A stretch of 64,000 nt of DNA from Eledone cirrhosa (lineage: Eukaryota), in the NCBI GenBank assembly GCA_964016885.1, contig OZ024741.1, positions 180,668,001-180,732,000 of the forward strand. Direction: 5' to 3'. The notes beneath the pieces were generated by a model. The model had not been told where the DNA came from, ran no database searches, and saw only the letters and a list, made by a program, of their open reading frames with translations. Each line of letters starts with the position of its first letter. Positions within the stretch are counted from its first letter, which is position 1. Positions 26,720 through 40,223 of this stretch are shown here, piece by piece. A program made the translations under genes and the position numbers.

Positions 26720-28019
26720 ATATATGTATGTGTATATATACAAGCATGAGTATGTGCATATTAGATATAATCAGTGATATTGCTTTTTCTACTTGTGGCA
26801 TTGCACATTAACTTCTCAATCAACATACAAATCGATTATAGTGTAGTTATCTGAACATTTACTTTAAGAATGTGGATAACATAAGTGTTTTGGTGATTTA
26901 CTGTGTGTCTGTCGGAAAATGCTTCGTCTTCATTATCTCGCACACACTTGATCTGTCTGTGACATGTATACTTACACATGATTTGGTATCATTGTGAAGA
27001 TATTTGCCTGTCATGGTGATATCAAAATTGTAAAGACAAGTCTAACAACATTAATCCTAGTTTGCTTGTTTACTATTAAATGAGGCATGTGATCTAGTGG
27101 TTAGGTTGTTGAGTTGCAGTCATAATGTTGTGGGTTTGATTCTCAGATCAAAGCACCAAGTTCCTTCAGTTCACTCAGCCACTGGGGGTTAACTCTGCAA
27201 CAGGCTGGTACCCATTCTACAAAAGAGTCTTGTACTCTCATTTGCCTAAGCTTCCATGAAACTAGGATAAAATCTGACCTTGTGAGATTCTGAGCTTAAG
27301 AAGAACTAACTTCAGCTTAATACTAAATACTCAATTGGCATTTGATCATAGTTCTGATGTGTTGAGAAAATTTGCACTATTACCTTTATAATCCCTGTTA
27401 CTGGTTCCAGTCAGCTGGCTTTGACCATTCTGGGATACCTTCATCAAACAGTAAATATGGTTCATTTATGATCCAGTGCAGTGGGCTCATCACTTTGGCA
27501 GTTGCTAGCTCTGGATTGCACTGCCCTAACTCTATTTTTCAATGGTGCATCCACGGATTTAGATAATATAGTTTATTTTTAAAATGTTCTCAAATATGTT
27601 TCTTGAAGTTGTGACCTTACTAACATTTCTCCTCAAAACGACCCCCCCCCCCCCCCAAAAAAAAAAACTTAACTAACAAAGCTAGTAAAAAAAATTCTCT
27701 AGGGAATTAGAGTGCCCACCTGGAATGTCCTGAAACCTCTACAATCACCAAAACCTGGTGATGGCCTGTATTGCAGGAGTCACTATGTGGTTGCTCAACC
27801 TGCTAGGTGACAAATTGGCAAAATTGTTAATGCCTTGTGGTATTTGTTCTGTTACTCTGTACTCTGAGTTCTCAGATCCCACTAAAATCAACTTTGTCTT
27901 TCACCATTTCATGGTCAATAAATAAAATATAGTCCAGGGCAGTGAATTGATGGAATTGTTAGAATATTGAATGGGATACTTTGGGATATCTGTTCCAACA
28001 CTGTGTGTAATGAGTTCAA

Positions 28020-28560
28020 GTTCCATTCTCTGGCTCCAGAAAAATGTGATAGGACTGCAAGGAACCACGAATTGAAGCCCTTATCATTACAATACTCAAG
28101 GAACCTCAGACTGAGGCCCCTCAATCATTAAAACACCTAAGCAACCTCTTATGTAATACATTTTTAAAAGCGACTGGTTCTACTTACACAGTTACCCTGA
28201 GCACCTTTTTGATCTCCATGTGTCTAACACACGTGGACATGCCTACAAAGTCAGAAAACAGCACAGCTCCCATGACTTTCGGAAATATTTTTTCACACTT
28301 AGAGTTGCTGAAGCATGGAACAAACTGTCTGCGTCAGTTGTTAGCTGCTGAGACACTGCATCCTTTAAAACCCTCATGCTTCCCAAAATTCGCCAAAACT
28401 ACACCTGATGTCCCCCTTCCATACACATGCACACATGTGTATATCATGACTCATGCACTGTTCATTTTACTGATGTTTGTACATTACCCTATGTACTATA
28501 CATACACTTTTGATAAGTTGTAGTGCACCTGTACACAATATTTTCATTATTATCATTATT
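28020..28560 (+). mobile_element. CR1-clade LINE 3' end
   Basis: TRGHAYKVRKQHSSHDFRKYFFTLRVAEAWNKL (~28227-28330), the typical CR1 ORF2 C-terminus; ends in (ATT)n. Confidence 0.8.
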
Positions 28561-30439
28561 ATTAACTACAATCTTGACTTGGAGTAGCATCCAAACATCT
28601 CCCTCATATCATATCCAACTATCCTAAATTATCAGAAAATGATGGACACATTAGATAATGTTGTGAGAGATATTTCCTAATGGAAAACAGATTAATCCTT
28701 TTCTTACCATATTTCTCATGAAATACACTGTCAATGTATTTAAATTGTTTTCATAAATAATACAGAATTTGGAGCGATTTAGTAAAATAACTAACTTTTT
28801 CATTATGAAGCTGGTGTTTGGAATACACCTTAACAACATTTTCTGACTTAAAATTATGAGGGAAAGTTTTAATATAAATATGAACACATTATAATGAACA
28901 GTTTTGAATCATAGAACTAGGTTTTAGGCAGGTTGATATAACAAAGGGTTAAGCTCTTATACACGTTGTATTTATTGAATTCTCCAGAGTAAATAAATAC
29001 CATTGTATGTCACCAGAGAATAATTCCAGGAGTTGGGGAAAGTAACTGATGGAAATTAAAATTTCTGATTCTTCAACACAGGTCTGATAAGAAATATTTC
29101 AAATAAAACTAAAATAAATAAATAAAAAATAAAATATTTATCCATTTTAATAAATTCACATATTATGTCAGGCATTTCTAAAAGAAATTTAATGAAAATA
29201 ATTTAAATATTTATGTGAATATTTCAGTTCTGATTTAACTGACTTTCTTCACCCCCAAATAGCTGGCCTTGTGCCTAAGTTAATAATCATTACTTAGGAT
29301 TGAACCATTGACATCAGTAACTTATCATCTCTAACCATCACTGCATTCATCACCACTACAACCCCCACCACAACTACAGCCACCACATCTTCTACCTTAC
29401 TGTTTTAATTTTTTTAAAGAGGGTGGGTAGTAGTTTATACAGAATAGTAGAAGATGAGAAGAAATATGAATGTGTTTTAGGCCACCTTTCTTTACATCCC
29501 AGGATCAAAACCTTGCTAAGGGTCAATAATTTGGTCACTTAGATATTTTCTCTCTCTCTTTTCGAATCAATAATTAATACTAGGTCCAATTAAAACTAAC
29601 AATTCCATCTCTATTATACAACAATTATGCATATGAAAACCATGCCAAACAAAAGATTGAGAAGACTCTTCAGTTGAGTCAAGGAAATAACAATCTCTTA
29701 AGTGCTGATGCCATGATAAAATGCACCCAGTACACTCTGTAAAACAGTTGGTTATAAGAAGGGCATTCAACTTTAGAAACCATACCAAATAAAGGGTTCA
29801 GAGGACTTGTGTGAAGGACATGACAACATCCTTAGTACAGGTGCCACAATAAAACACCCAGTATATTCTGTAAAGTAGTTGGTGATGAGAAAGATATTCA
29901 GCTGTCGAAACTATGCCAAAATGAGAATGTATGTAAAGTGAGATATGCTCCCTCCACCTGTCTAGGAGGACATTAGTTCCGATTAAGTACTGATTTTCTC
30001 TGTGATGAACTGTCCAGCCCATGCCTGCATGAAAAAGCGGATGTGAAAAGATGATGATAATGATGGAGTGATGCTGAAAAGAAATTTATGGTTTCCGGTA
30101 CAATGGTGATTACAGAAACAGTTTGAAAGACGAGCAAGATGATTCACAGTATATCTCTATAGTTTAGTATCTCACTCACGCCCTTCACAACAATCCCCAC
30201 TATTATTGATCTTTCTCTCTTTCTGTTTCTCACTCGATCTGAATAAATTATCCCTTGAAACAGGTCTCTCAAATCACATACCATCTGTTGAATATGTACT
30301 TTAGAAATCAATAAGTTCTGTAGTATATTTTTTTCTATGTTTGTGCTGTGTAGTATTTTTGTTTTGTTTCTTTTCTTCACCCTTGCTGTTCAATATTTGA
30401 TGGTGTTCTCTGGAAAGTTTTTCCAGCCATCGTTAAGAT

Positions 30440-30655
30440 AACATTACAACAACAATGATAATGATATTAAACCACAAAAACAATAGCAGCAACAACAAAA
30501 ACAATGCCAATGACAATAACAACAGCAATAATGATGGTAACAACAACGGCATTGACAATTAGAACAACGACAACAAGTACGATAACAATAACAATGATAA
30601 CAACATCAACGACAACTACAATGACAACGACAGTGATGACAGTAACAATAACACT
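30440..30655. repeat. Cryptic (AAC/AAT/GAC)n trinucleotide repeat
   Basis: Direct reading. Confidence 0.85.
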
Positions 30656-31144
30656 ATTTTTCAGATATCGATCATAATCTTTCATATATTCATTTATTTT
30701 TTTTTTTTTAAATGATTTCTGTATTTATTATGAGAAATTATGTAAGATTCCTTTTTGTAACTCAGACAATTGTAGTAATTGAAAGACTGGTGTGAAAATC
30801 TATAGGAAACGTGATTTACTTGGGTTGTCTTTGTGACGACGTACTTCACATAGAGAATGTCAGCTTGTGGTGGTGGTAGTAGTAGTGGTGGTAGTTGCAG
30901 TGGCGGTGGTGGTGGTGGGGATGAAATAAGACAGCTTTGCTTGTGCATTAAAAAAAAAAAAAGTTTATTTTTAACTTCAGCAAATTGTGAAAAGTTTCAC
31001 CATGATTACAGAAACTAAGAGAAAAGAGAAGGACAGTGAGAAAGATGCCTGTCTGTTTGTGTGTCCATCCAGATATATAGACAGGTGAAAGATAGATAGA
31101 AAGAGAGAGGTAGAAGTATATATATATATATATATATATACACA

Positions 31145-31300
31145 CAGGGCCGGATTTAGATTTGATGAGCCCCTAAGCTATTTGAGATAATGGGGCCCTT
31201 TATACGTCCAGATGTCCTATGTCAGCGACAAATTGTTGCTGTTTTTTGTGTGGGGGCTCTAAGCAATAGCTTGTTTAGCTTATACGTAAATCCCACTCTG
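31145..31300. mobile_element. hAT-type MITE
   Basis: CAGGGCCGGATTTA ... TAAATCCCACTCTG imperfect TIRs; degenerate 8-bp flanks TATACACA/TGTATACA. Confidence 0.6.
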
Positions 31301-31312
31301 TGTATACATATA

Positions 31313-32057
31313 TCATCATTATCATCATCATCATCGTTTAACGTCTATCTTCCACGCTAGCATGGGTTTAGACGGGAATTGTCCACTTGAGGCAAGATTG
31401 GTTGTCTCACTCGTATGGGACTGTCTGGCAGGTTTTCTACGGCTGGATGCCCTTCCTAACACCAAACATTTTTGCAGTGTGGACTGGGAGGTTTTTACAG
31501 TGTTACCTACATGGCCACATTACAGTGTGGACTGTGTGTTTTTTTGTCGTGACATCTACACAACCTCATTTATTTAGGACTGGATGTTGTGGTACCAACA
31601 TAACTTTACAGAGGAAGGGGTGGTGTTGATGGGGGTGGGGGAGTTGGGGGTACTGACTGTAGATTTCGCTTTGTACTTAGGCAAGGCAGGTTTTCTGTAT
31701 TACTGCGTAGCACCAAAGATCTCGGTCCAGTGACATTGTCTTAGAGAGGTGTAAGTGTGTAAGGTCGAAATTTATCAAATCGTCCCAGGTTTTTCTGGGT
31801 CTGCCTACTCCGTAATTTCCGTCAACTTTGATCGCCCTGCACTTTTTTTATACAGCTGTCATCTTTCATGCGCATCACGTGACCATACCAACGTAGTCTT
31901 CTCTCGAGTAAACAGCATCTGATACCTCTTATACCTAGTTTCTCACTTAGTTCATTTATGCTTTGCTGTTCACATATATTACTATTACACATCCAGCGGA
32001 GCATGCATGCTTCATTTCTCTCCAGTCTGCGCAGATCCTCTGCACACAATGCCCATG
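31313..32057 (-). mobile_element. RTE family B-related 3' fragment between TA-rich tracts
   Basis: CAEDLRRLERNEACMLRWMCN...RWYGHV; (CAT)n tail. Confidence 0.88.
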
Positions 32058-32142
32058 TATATATATATATAGAGAGAGAGAGGAGAGAGGAGAAGAACTT
32101 TGTATTCTTTGTATTTTTATCAAATAGTGGTATAGAGACATA

Positions 32143-32263
32143 TTAAGGTTAGGCCAGTGTCCTGTTACTTTGGAATTTCTCCTGTATGTTGACTGGTTCA
32201 TTTCATGACTTTGTAAAAATATGGGAGAAACACCAGACTTACAGGACATTGACCCAACCTTAA
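32143..32263. repeat. Imperfect palindrome between TA tracts
   Basis: TTAAGGTTAGGCCAGTGTCCTGT ... ACAGGACATTGACCCAACCTTAA. Confidence 0.6.
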
Positions 32264-32299
32264 CAAAGATATTGATATCGACTCATTCTCACTATGTGA

Positions 32300-32380
<81 letters not shown>

Positions 32381-33109
32381 AATTCATTTTGAATTTGTTT
32401 TGCAAGATTTTGTATCTGAAAACGTGTGTTGAAACAGATATTGTTATACTTTAGAACACAGGTTCTCAACCCATTTAGGCCAAACGCCCCCTTTTGTCCC
32501 TTGAAATCACGAAACGCTCCCCCTACCCTATTTTTCCATTTTTCAATATACTACTGATTTTGATATCAGTAGATTACTAAAAAATTTATTAACAATATTC
32601 AGGCAGCTGAGAGTATAAATACATTCCTTGAAAGGAAATATATAAATTTCAAAAAAAGGAACATAAATGTTCTTTTTTATGAATAAGGACCAGTTGAATT
32701 TGTTATATTCCCACCAAGCGATACCAGCTATTTTGAACATTTATACAAGAGCAACTCTGTCTATCCCAAGAGTGCTCTTATCTGAAAGAAAGTGGCAATT
32801 ATATCATTTCAAAGCTTTCCAATTTTCCCTTTAATGAAATGGACAGAATAAATGTTGATGTCCCCCTGCTTTGTGAGCTTAGAGACCACGGAAGAGGGTT
32901 TTCATGACCACGCGGGAGGGTATATTTATTAATAAATGGTAAAATATATACAACAAATGAGTAATTGAATTGTAGTAGATGGTTTCCAGTCCAGTCAGAC
33001 TGCAACAACAAATAAAAAAAATTGTTAGTTTGCTTTGTAACAATAGCATATCCAAGTTTTCGTATAAATCAACTTACTTTAACTTTGACTCATTTCAATT
33101 GGACCCTTG

Positions 33110-34160
33110 AGCTTCATGGAGTCTAGCTAACTCTTTGATGTGAGGCTTAATTTTCCTAAGGTGTAGCCAGAGATCTCCACGTGTAATTACATTGTAGCGG
33201 TTGCAAGCCTTACTGTGCAGTTTGGAAACAACACCAAACCTCCTCTCGACTAAGTATGAGCTTGGAAAAGGCAGAGCAAATCTCTTAGCCTCTGCATGTA
33301 GGTGTGGAAATCAACGCTGAATTTCCTCTTGCATCCCAAAAAGGGGTTCACCTATTTTGGGAAATCTAATTTTGATCATGTCATCTGCTTGAAGTTCAAT
33401 GAATTCTTCCTGAAATTTAACGTCAAAATCGTCGACGTTAGCTATGAAAGCATCTGCTATCCACATTGGGATGTCCATCGGCAAATGGTCGACAAACCGT
33501 TCTCTCATGTTGTCTTATAGCGCACGGAGGTGAGTGGTATAAATTTGGAGTTGGTCATCGCTTACAATATTTTGAACATTGGCGACACTAGGAAAATTAT
33601 AGAATTCCCGTCAACAAAGATTCCTTTCGATGACATTCAATTTGGCCAGGAATGTTTTTACAGCATTCCTTGCTTTAAGCAAGGTGATCTTCTTCCCCTG
33701 CAAAGCCAAAATGATGCTATTGCATTTGTTGAAGATGTTGGTGAGGTAGGCGCAGTCTTGCCTCACATCGAGGGTTTTCTTGTACAGTTCTGTGTTGCGT
33801 CCTCGCAGAAACTCAATGATAGAGTCGAAGAGTTCAAAGAAGTGAGTAAAGCACTTGCCCTTTGAAAGCCACCTCACTTCAGTATGAAGGAGCAACTTGA
33901 CGAATTCTTCGTCATTATCTTGGCACAGTTGCTGGAAAATTCGTTCATTGAGGGAATGGCGTTTGATAAAATTGATGACATCAATGGCCACCTGCAAGGA
34001 CTTGCTCAGAGGCTTGCTGAATTTCTTTGCAGCCAAGTGTTGTCGATGAATGACACAATGAACAGGAAATACAGATAGATTTTCTCTCTTCAGAAGAGTG
34101 ACGAAGCCCTTATGTTGGCCGACCATTGCTCTTGCGTCGTCCGTAGCACATGAAACAATG
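33110..34160 (-). pseudogene. hAT transposase relic (ZBED5/SCAND3/Buster-like)
   Basis: CATDDARAMVG, VHCVIHRQHL (CxxH), LLLHTEVRWLSKG, FPSSYLVERGF; frameshifts; N-terminus missing. Confidence 0.88.
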
Positions 34161-34560
34161 TGTGTTGTATGTGGTCCTAGATGTATGTATTACCTGCCTG
34201 TGTGTTGTATGTAGTCCTAGATGTATGTATTACCTGATTATGTATTGCATGTGGTCCCAGCTGTATGTATTACCTGCTTGTGTGTTGTATGTGGTCCTAG
34301 ATGTTTGTATTACCTGATTGTGTTGTATGTGGTCCTAGCTGTTTGTATTACCTGCTTATGTGTTGTATGTGGTCCTAGATGTATGTATTACCTGCCTGTG
34401 TGTTTTATGTGGTCCTAGATGTGTGTGTGCTACCTCCTTATGTGTTGCATGTGGTCCTAGATGTGTGTATTACCTGCTTATGTGTTGTATGTGGTCTTAG
34501 ATGTGTGTATTACCTGCTTATGTGTTGTATGTGGTCCTAGATGTGTGTGCTACCCGGTTC
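34161..34560. repeat. ~40-bp minisatellite, ~10 copies, inside the hAT element
   Basis: Unit TGTGTTGTATGTGGTCCTAGATGTATGTATTACCTGCYTR. Confidence 0.92.
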
Positions 34561-35149
34561 TGTGTTTTGATTCTTTTTTTTATTTGTAATATTATTTATA
34601 CAATAGGGAATAAAATAGATCTACATAGTGTTAACTCGTTACGGTTGAGTCAATAATTTCAGACATGAAATACATTGTTATCGGTGAAGGAAAGATAAGA
34701 TTCTAACTGGTTGCGCTCAAAGTGTCCTTGATTGTCCTTCAGATGACTGTGGGGTTTTTCATTTTTAGGATCTCAATTACCGGTTAATGTCTGCTCACAG
34801 CTGCGGTCAGACTATAGTTATGCTGTCTGCAAGCTCATTCAAATGCATTCACACTGGCTGTCTCAAAGACATACAAATATGGCTTATAAAACTTACCAAA
34901 GTAAAGTCTTCCAGCCCCCCCCCCCCCCCTCCAGCTCCAAACGCCCTCCTTACGCGACCTTGCTCCCAAACGCCCCCCTCCCTGGAGTTCCGAAACGCCC
35001 CCAGGGGGTGCATATGCCCCCCTGTTGAGAACCTTTGCTTTAGAGGGTTCATGCTGCCAATAAAAACACATGCACCTGTTGGTTTTCACTTCAATTTATT
35101 ATAAGTTTCTGGTTGGTTGGTTTGATAACCGGAAGGTTGTTTATATATT

Positions 35150-35192
35150 GTCAAAACTCTTTCATCACACATTCTGTGACCTCCTCAGTGAC
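35150..35192 (-). ncRNA. Minimal type I hammerhead ribozyme in pLTR
   Basis: GTCA-CTGAGGA-G GTCACA GAATG TGTGAT-GAAA-GAGTTT-TGAC; stem I GTCA/TGAC. Confidence 0.62.
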
Positions 35193-35385
35193 TAGGTTTT
35201 TATTTTGTTTGTCTCTTCTTTGTTCTGTCCTACACCAGCTTGTTTTTGAGTGTTGTGTATTGTGTGCTTAGTTTGTGCATGCATAACAGACGTGTGTGTG
35301 TGTGTGTTTATTTATTTATGTGTTTATTTACTTGTTCTATCTGAGTGTGTCAGATTTGTTTTGTTAGTTTGGTTTTTGTGTGTGT

Positions 35386-35828
35386 CTATATGTCTTCATT
35401 TTGTCCTTTATTACTAGTTGTGATGTTGCTATTCCACTCATGTTTTCTGTTTAATTTTGGTTGGAGTTCATTTATATTTGTTGCCTCTGTGATTTGTCTG
35501 AGCATTGCATCTTTTCTGTGTGTGGATATAATTTTTATCTCTATGTTCTCTAATGTGCTCCTATGTTCTATTTTGGCATGTTGGTGGAATACGGATAAGT
35601 TTTTCCCACCCTGGAGTTCTCGGCAGTGTTGACTTATCCTTTCTCCTATGCTACGGGCTGTTTCACCTATGTATATTATATTCTTATTCCATGTATATTA
35701 TATTCTTATTGTCCTTCAGTACATCTTATACTATATACCACGTTCCTAGTTTTGCAGTTAATTTGCAGGCTTAGCTTGCAGACTATGCATTTCCTATCAG
35801 CACAGGGGGATCTTTGAAATGGGTATGT
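35386..35828 (-). pseudogene. GIY-YIG endonuclease relic of a Penelope-like retroelement (absent from ORF track)
   Basis: Manual translation: PCADRKCIVCKLSLQINCKTRNVVYSIRC../YIGETARSIGERISQH...HQHAKIEH...DAMLRQITEATNINELQPKLNRKHEW; disrupted by a ~22-bp tandem duplication. Confidence 0.82.
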
Positions 35829-36957
35829 TTTACTGTAAAGTGGTCATGTAGGATTCACGACAAAAAGCATCCAGCCATAGAAACCAGGCCAAAATCAGTT
35901 CTGTGTGAGTGAAATACAGTCGCCTGACCTGAATTCTCACAATGGGACAGCCCGTCCTACCCGTAAAACATGGACGTTAAAAAGTTCATAGCAAGGATAT
36001 AAAATGCTTATTTACATTAACATTTTCATATATGATTCAATATACAGCTCCAGTCACACATCAATCATGCTATATCAGAGCATCACTACTTCTCTCTCTC
36101 TCTTTCTCTCCCCCTCTCTGTCCCTCTCTCTCTTTCTCTCCCACTATCTCTCTCTCTCTTTCTCTCTCTCACTCACTCTCTCAATATATATATGAGTGTG
36201 TGTGTGTGTGTGTATGTGGTTATGTACCATAACTGAGTAATTTGACAAAAAGAGATCTATAAAATAAGCACCAAACTTGAAAAAATAAGTACCAATGTCA
36301 ATGAGATTGAATAAATCAAGGTGGTGCCCCAGTATGGCTGCAGTCTTATGACATACAAATAAAAGGTTATATATATATATGACAGCAAAAGAGAGAGAAA
36401 AAGAAAGAAGGTGTGATTGTATGTATTACTATCATTTAATACTTCTTAGTTTTGCATTCATTGCTCTTCATACACACAGATTAGGTGCCATTGAAATCTA
36501 GTATTTCAATTTGTAATTGCTGCTTTCAATTCTTCTTGGTCTTATAGAACTTTGACATTGACATGATTGCAGTTTCTACTGATTGTGTCTTGCTACATTT
36601 GCTTTGATGCCTTTCACCCTAGTTGTTGTCATTCACTGAGAAGAAACATGCACTATATGTATCTGAGCAGACTACTGAAGCCTTCTTGTGTCTAGCTGCC
36701 TTTTCATCTTATCCAAAAGCAAGGACTTTCTAGCAGATAACTTTATATTGAGGTTGCCTTTGTCATCTGTTTGTATTTATGTTTTGTTTAGTTTTCTATG
36801 TTTGGTGTATCTTTTTATTTTGTGGTTGATTTTGTTGTTTAGGCCCTAGTACCCATGTTTAAACAAACCTAAACTGAACAGCGTTCTTGCTGTGATCAGG
36901 TAGTCTTTTCAGACAGTTATTCTGAGACAACATTATTTTGTATATCTTATGACAACC

Positions 36958-37150
36958 CGGTGGATTGGCTGTATCGGTAGAGCATCAGATACCATGTTTT
37001 GCAGCATAGAGTTATGGGCCTTTACGTTCTGAGTTCAAATCCTGCCAAGGCTAGCTTTGCCTTTCATCCTTATGGGGTCGATATAAATAAAGCACCAGTA
37101 ATGTACTAGGGTAATGCCAGGCTTGTGCCAAAAGTAGAAACAATTATTTA
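36958..37150 (+). mobile_element. SINE, 1515 family
   Basis: Head-to-tail match with more substitutions. Confidence 0.85.
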
Positions 37151-39055
37151 GTATATCCTAACTTTGCTGAGAAGACCCATCTATTTCAGCATTGTAAATA
37201 GGCAATAATAGACAGACCTCTTCATTGAAGGACTTCTCTGAAATGTCAGACCTTTTCATTCTTCAAGCAACCAAATTTACTGACACCAAGAAATTCTCTT
37301 AGATTTTATTACCTTTCAATCAACACTTACCTTTTATCTGTTTCGTCAAATGTCTGATCTTACCTGAATAGATAGACAGACTGATGTAACCAAAACCAAA
37401 ACATAGAAACTGAAATAGATGGAACATAAAATACTAAAATAAGGTGTTTAATCTACCATTCATACTATTTCTACCGTCTCACTTCTCTGCAATAATAATG
37501 CTAGAGCATTGGATAAAATACCTTGTAGTATTTGTTCTGGCTCTCTGCACTTTTGATTCTAATCCTGTCAAGGTCATCATTGCATTTCATTCTTTCGGGT
37601 GGGTTGATAAGTAAAGTATCACTTGAGAGTAGTGGGTTAGCAGAATTGTCAGAGCTTTGAATGGAATGTATTGGCTCTTAGTATTCTGAGTTCAAATCTT
37701 GCCTCCTGTCACCAGAAAAAAATGTGACATGCTATGACTAAGGTGTGGGTGGATGGTGGGGGTCTATCATTAGAAAAAATACACTCAAAAATCCTCATTA
37801 TGAGTTGTAACTGGAAAGGTTTGTAGTGTTTTACTGATAACTGACTGACAGGTCAGGAGCTGAAGTGGTTGTTATGTATTACTGATATCATACTCTTCGA
37901 TCAGGAGCTTTGTTTGGTTACTTGTTCATTCACTTTATCATTGTACCTCTGAGGAATGTGTCAGAAAACAAACAAAAGAACAAAGAAATAGGTTTTTGAA
38001 TTAAAAAAATAAAAGGGACTTAGGATTTTCTAAGAAAAAATGATTGAAGATTATTTTTTACTTAGAGTTAATGAAGGGAGTTTATATTTCACATTGAAGA
38101 AAATATAAAACAAATTAAAGTCAAACCAAAGAAAATTCCAAAATACTTATGTGGTTATTGTTGCTGTTATTGTTATGTAAAGTTGATAATTTCTGTTTGA
38201 GTATAAGCAGTAGAACAGAAATAGACTTTTGTCAAGACTCATTGGCAAACAGGTTTCAGTTCCTCTGTTATTTAGACATATTATTTATGTTGTTGGTTCT
38301 GTGGTTAGGGTGTTGGACTCATGATTATAAGGTCATGGGTTCGATTGCTACATTGGTTGACATGTTGTGTTCTTGAGCAAAATACTTTATTTCACATTGC
38401 TCATTCAATTCAAAGTTGTAACCAGTAAAGGAAAGGCCAGTGGAAGCATTGTTTTCTGTTTGATCTGACAAATGGTTCCTTTCTTCTGTCAGGAGTCATG
38501 ACTGAGAGATAGTATTAGCAATGGAAAGACAGACCAATGGAAACATTGTTTCCTTGGTTTGATCCAATGATCATCTCATCTCATTTTTAAATATCGATAA
38601 GAATGGCCATAACACTTACTTTATTCTTTTATTTTGTAACTGATTTAAGTTAGACTGTTGTCATGCTGGAGAATCATCTTAAAGGAATTTAGTTGATCAT
38701 ATTGAATCCCAGTACTTATTTTAAAGTCGGACATTTTTTTGTTGAACCCCTAAATTATGGGGCATAAACACAGACATGGATACACATACTACCCACTAGA
38801 AATAGTAGCCAAATTTCCCTGAAATCATACTTCACTTTGTCTAATACACTTAAAAATCTCAACTATTATTTCTGCGTATGGATGTATTTCTTACCTGAAT
38901 TAGAGATCAAACTCGTGTAAAGTGGGGAAGAGGTCAGGGGGTCAGGCTGCAAACATCAGCCTGAAGTTGTTGTTGAGCAAATAAATCTATGATCAAAGGT
39001 GTCCAAGCTGTGACCATGCTGTCTTTTTCTTTCATCGAGGGAAACCAGGATTACA

Positions 39056-40105
39056 TTATTTAGTCTCGGAACACCCCCCTCCCATGCTAATCTGATCTCC
39101 TAGGTACCGGAAGCTTTCCACCACTTCTATAGCACCCGCTTGCATTTGAAAAATGTGTCTATCAATGCGACTTCTACTGTCTAATTTCCCTGTACATCTA
39201 CTGCATACGTATTTCTCCCTACCTGTTAGTTTGCCTGCTTTCCCACCACATCTCCTATGTACCCAGGATCTGCATTGTGTGCATTTTATAGAATTTATGC
39301 CAGTTCCTTTTCTGCATATCGAACATGGCCCTTTCCCTGACAAAATCAGAGTTTTGTCCTCTTTTCTACTCATCAACACTTTTGTCTTAGCTAGGTTCAC
39401 TCTCAGTCCTCTTGCTTCCAACTGTTGTTTCCATAGCCAGAATTTATTCTCTAGCTCCTCTACTGATTCTGCTATAAGAACCAGATCGTCAGCATAGAGA
39501 AGTTCCCATGGACAGCCAGTCTTAAACTCCTCTGTTATGGCTTGGAGGACTATAATGAACAAGAGCGGGCTGAGGACCGAACCTTGATGTACTCCTACTT
39601 GTATCTGGAATTCCTCACTAAACTCCATTCCTACCCTTACTTTACTGACAGCAACCTCTGTACAAAGTTTGCACTGTCCTCACAAGCCATTCCTCAACAC
39701 TTAGTTTCCTTAGGGACCACCAGACGACAGATCGGGCTACCCTATCAAAGACCTTCTCTAGGTCAACAAAGGCTAAGTATAGTGGCTTATCTTTCTCTAA
39801 GAACCTCTCTTGTAATTGTCTTACCAAGAAGAGGGCATCTGTTGTACTCTTCCCAGGCACAAAACCAAATTGCATCTCATCTAGTTTGAGCCTTTCTCGA
39901 ATTAGTTGTGCTAATATCCTTTCTGCCACTTTCATAACCCGATCCATCACTTTTATACCCCTATAATTGCTTTTCTCCAGAGCATCCCCTTTACCTTTGT
40001 AGCAATTTATGAGAATACTGCTGCATCAATCTTTGGGTATGACACCACCATATATAGCCTGATTGATGATGCGTGCAACCAGTTTAGTGCCTACGTCCCC
40101 TGATG
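39056..40105 (-). mobile_element. RTE LINE RT fragment (third subfamily)
   Basis: ORFs 39642-39950 and 39056-39628: QGSVLSPLLF, LYADD, Cys-rich insert. Confidence 0.92.
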
Positions 40106-40170
40106 CACTGCAGCATGTGGTGAAAACTTATGTTGTCTTTGTTATTGTCACTGTCCCATCTAATCTGTTC

Positions 40171-40220
<50 letters not shown>

Positions 40221-40223
<3 letters not shown>

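Larger units (their letters stand above)
32457..35037 (-). mobile_element. hAT DNA transposon (Buster/Charlie group), internally deleted
   Basis: TIRs CACAGGTTCTCAAC / GTTGAGAACCTTTG; 8-bp TSD CTTTAGAA (32449-56) / CTTTAGAG (35038-45) with central TA. Confidence 0.9.
35046..35828 (-). mobile_element. Penelope-like element 3' portion (GIY-YIG plus pLTR); pLTR continues at ~32390-32456 beyond the hAT insertion
   Basis: GIY-YIG relic followed by a hammerhead; sequences flanking the hAT join up and match 19215-19445. Confidence 0.75.

Noticed and set aside
27372-27566. Complex-looking short ORFs on both strands
   Set aside because: No convincing splice-site pair or recognisable motif; cannot be supported without homology or RNA data
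30467-30685. Val/Ile-rich membrane-like ORF
   Set aside because: Antisense of a cryptic AAC/AAT repeat
34161-34560. Regular 40-bp periodicity resembling a CRISPR array
   Set aside because: Whole units repeat with no unique spacers, no cas genes, eukaryotic context
37220-37255. Hammerhead-like remnants here and at ~62080-62105
   Set aside because: Core nucleotides are mutated and stems incomplete; at best dead PLE ends, so not called as ribozymes
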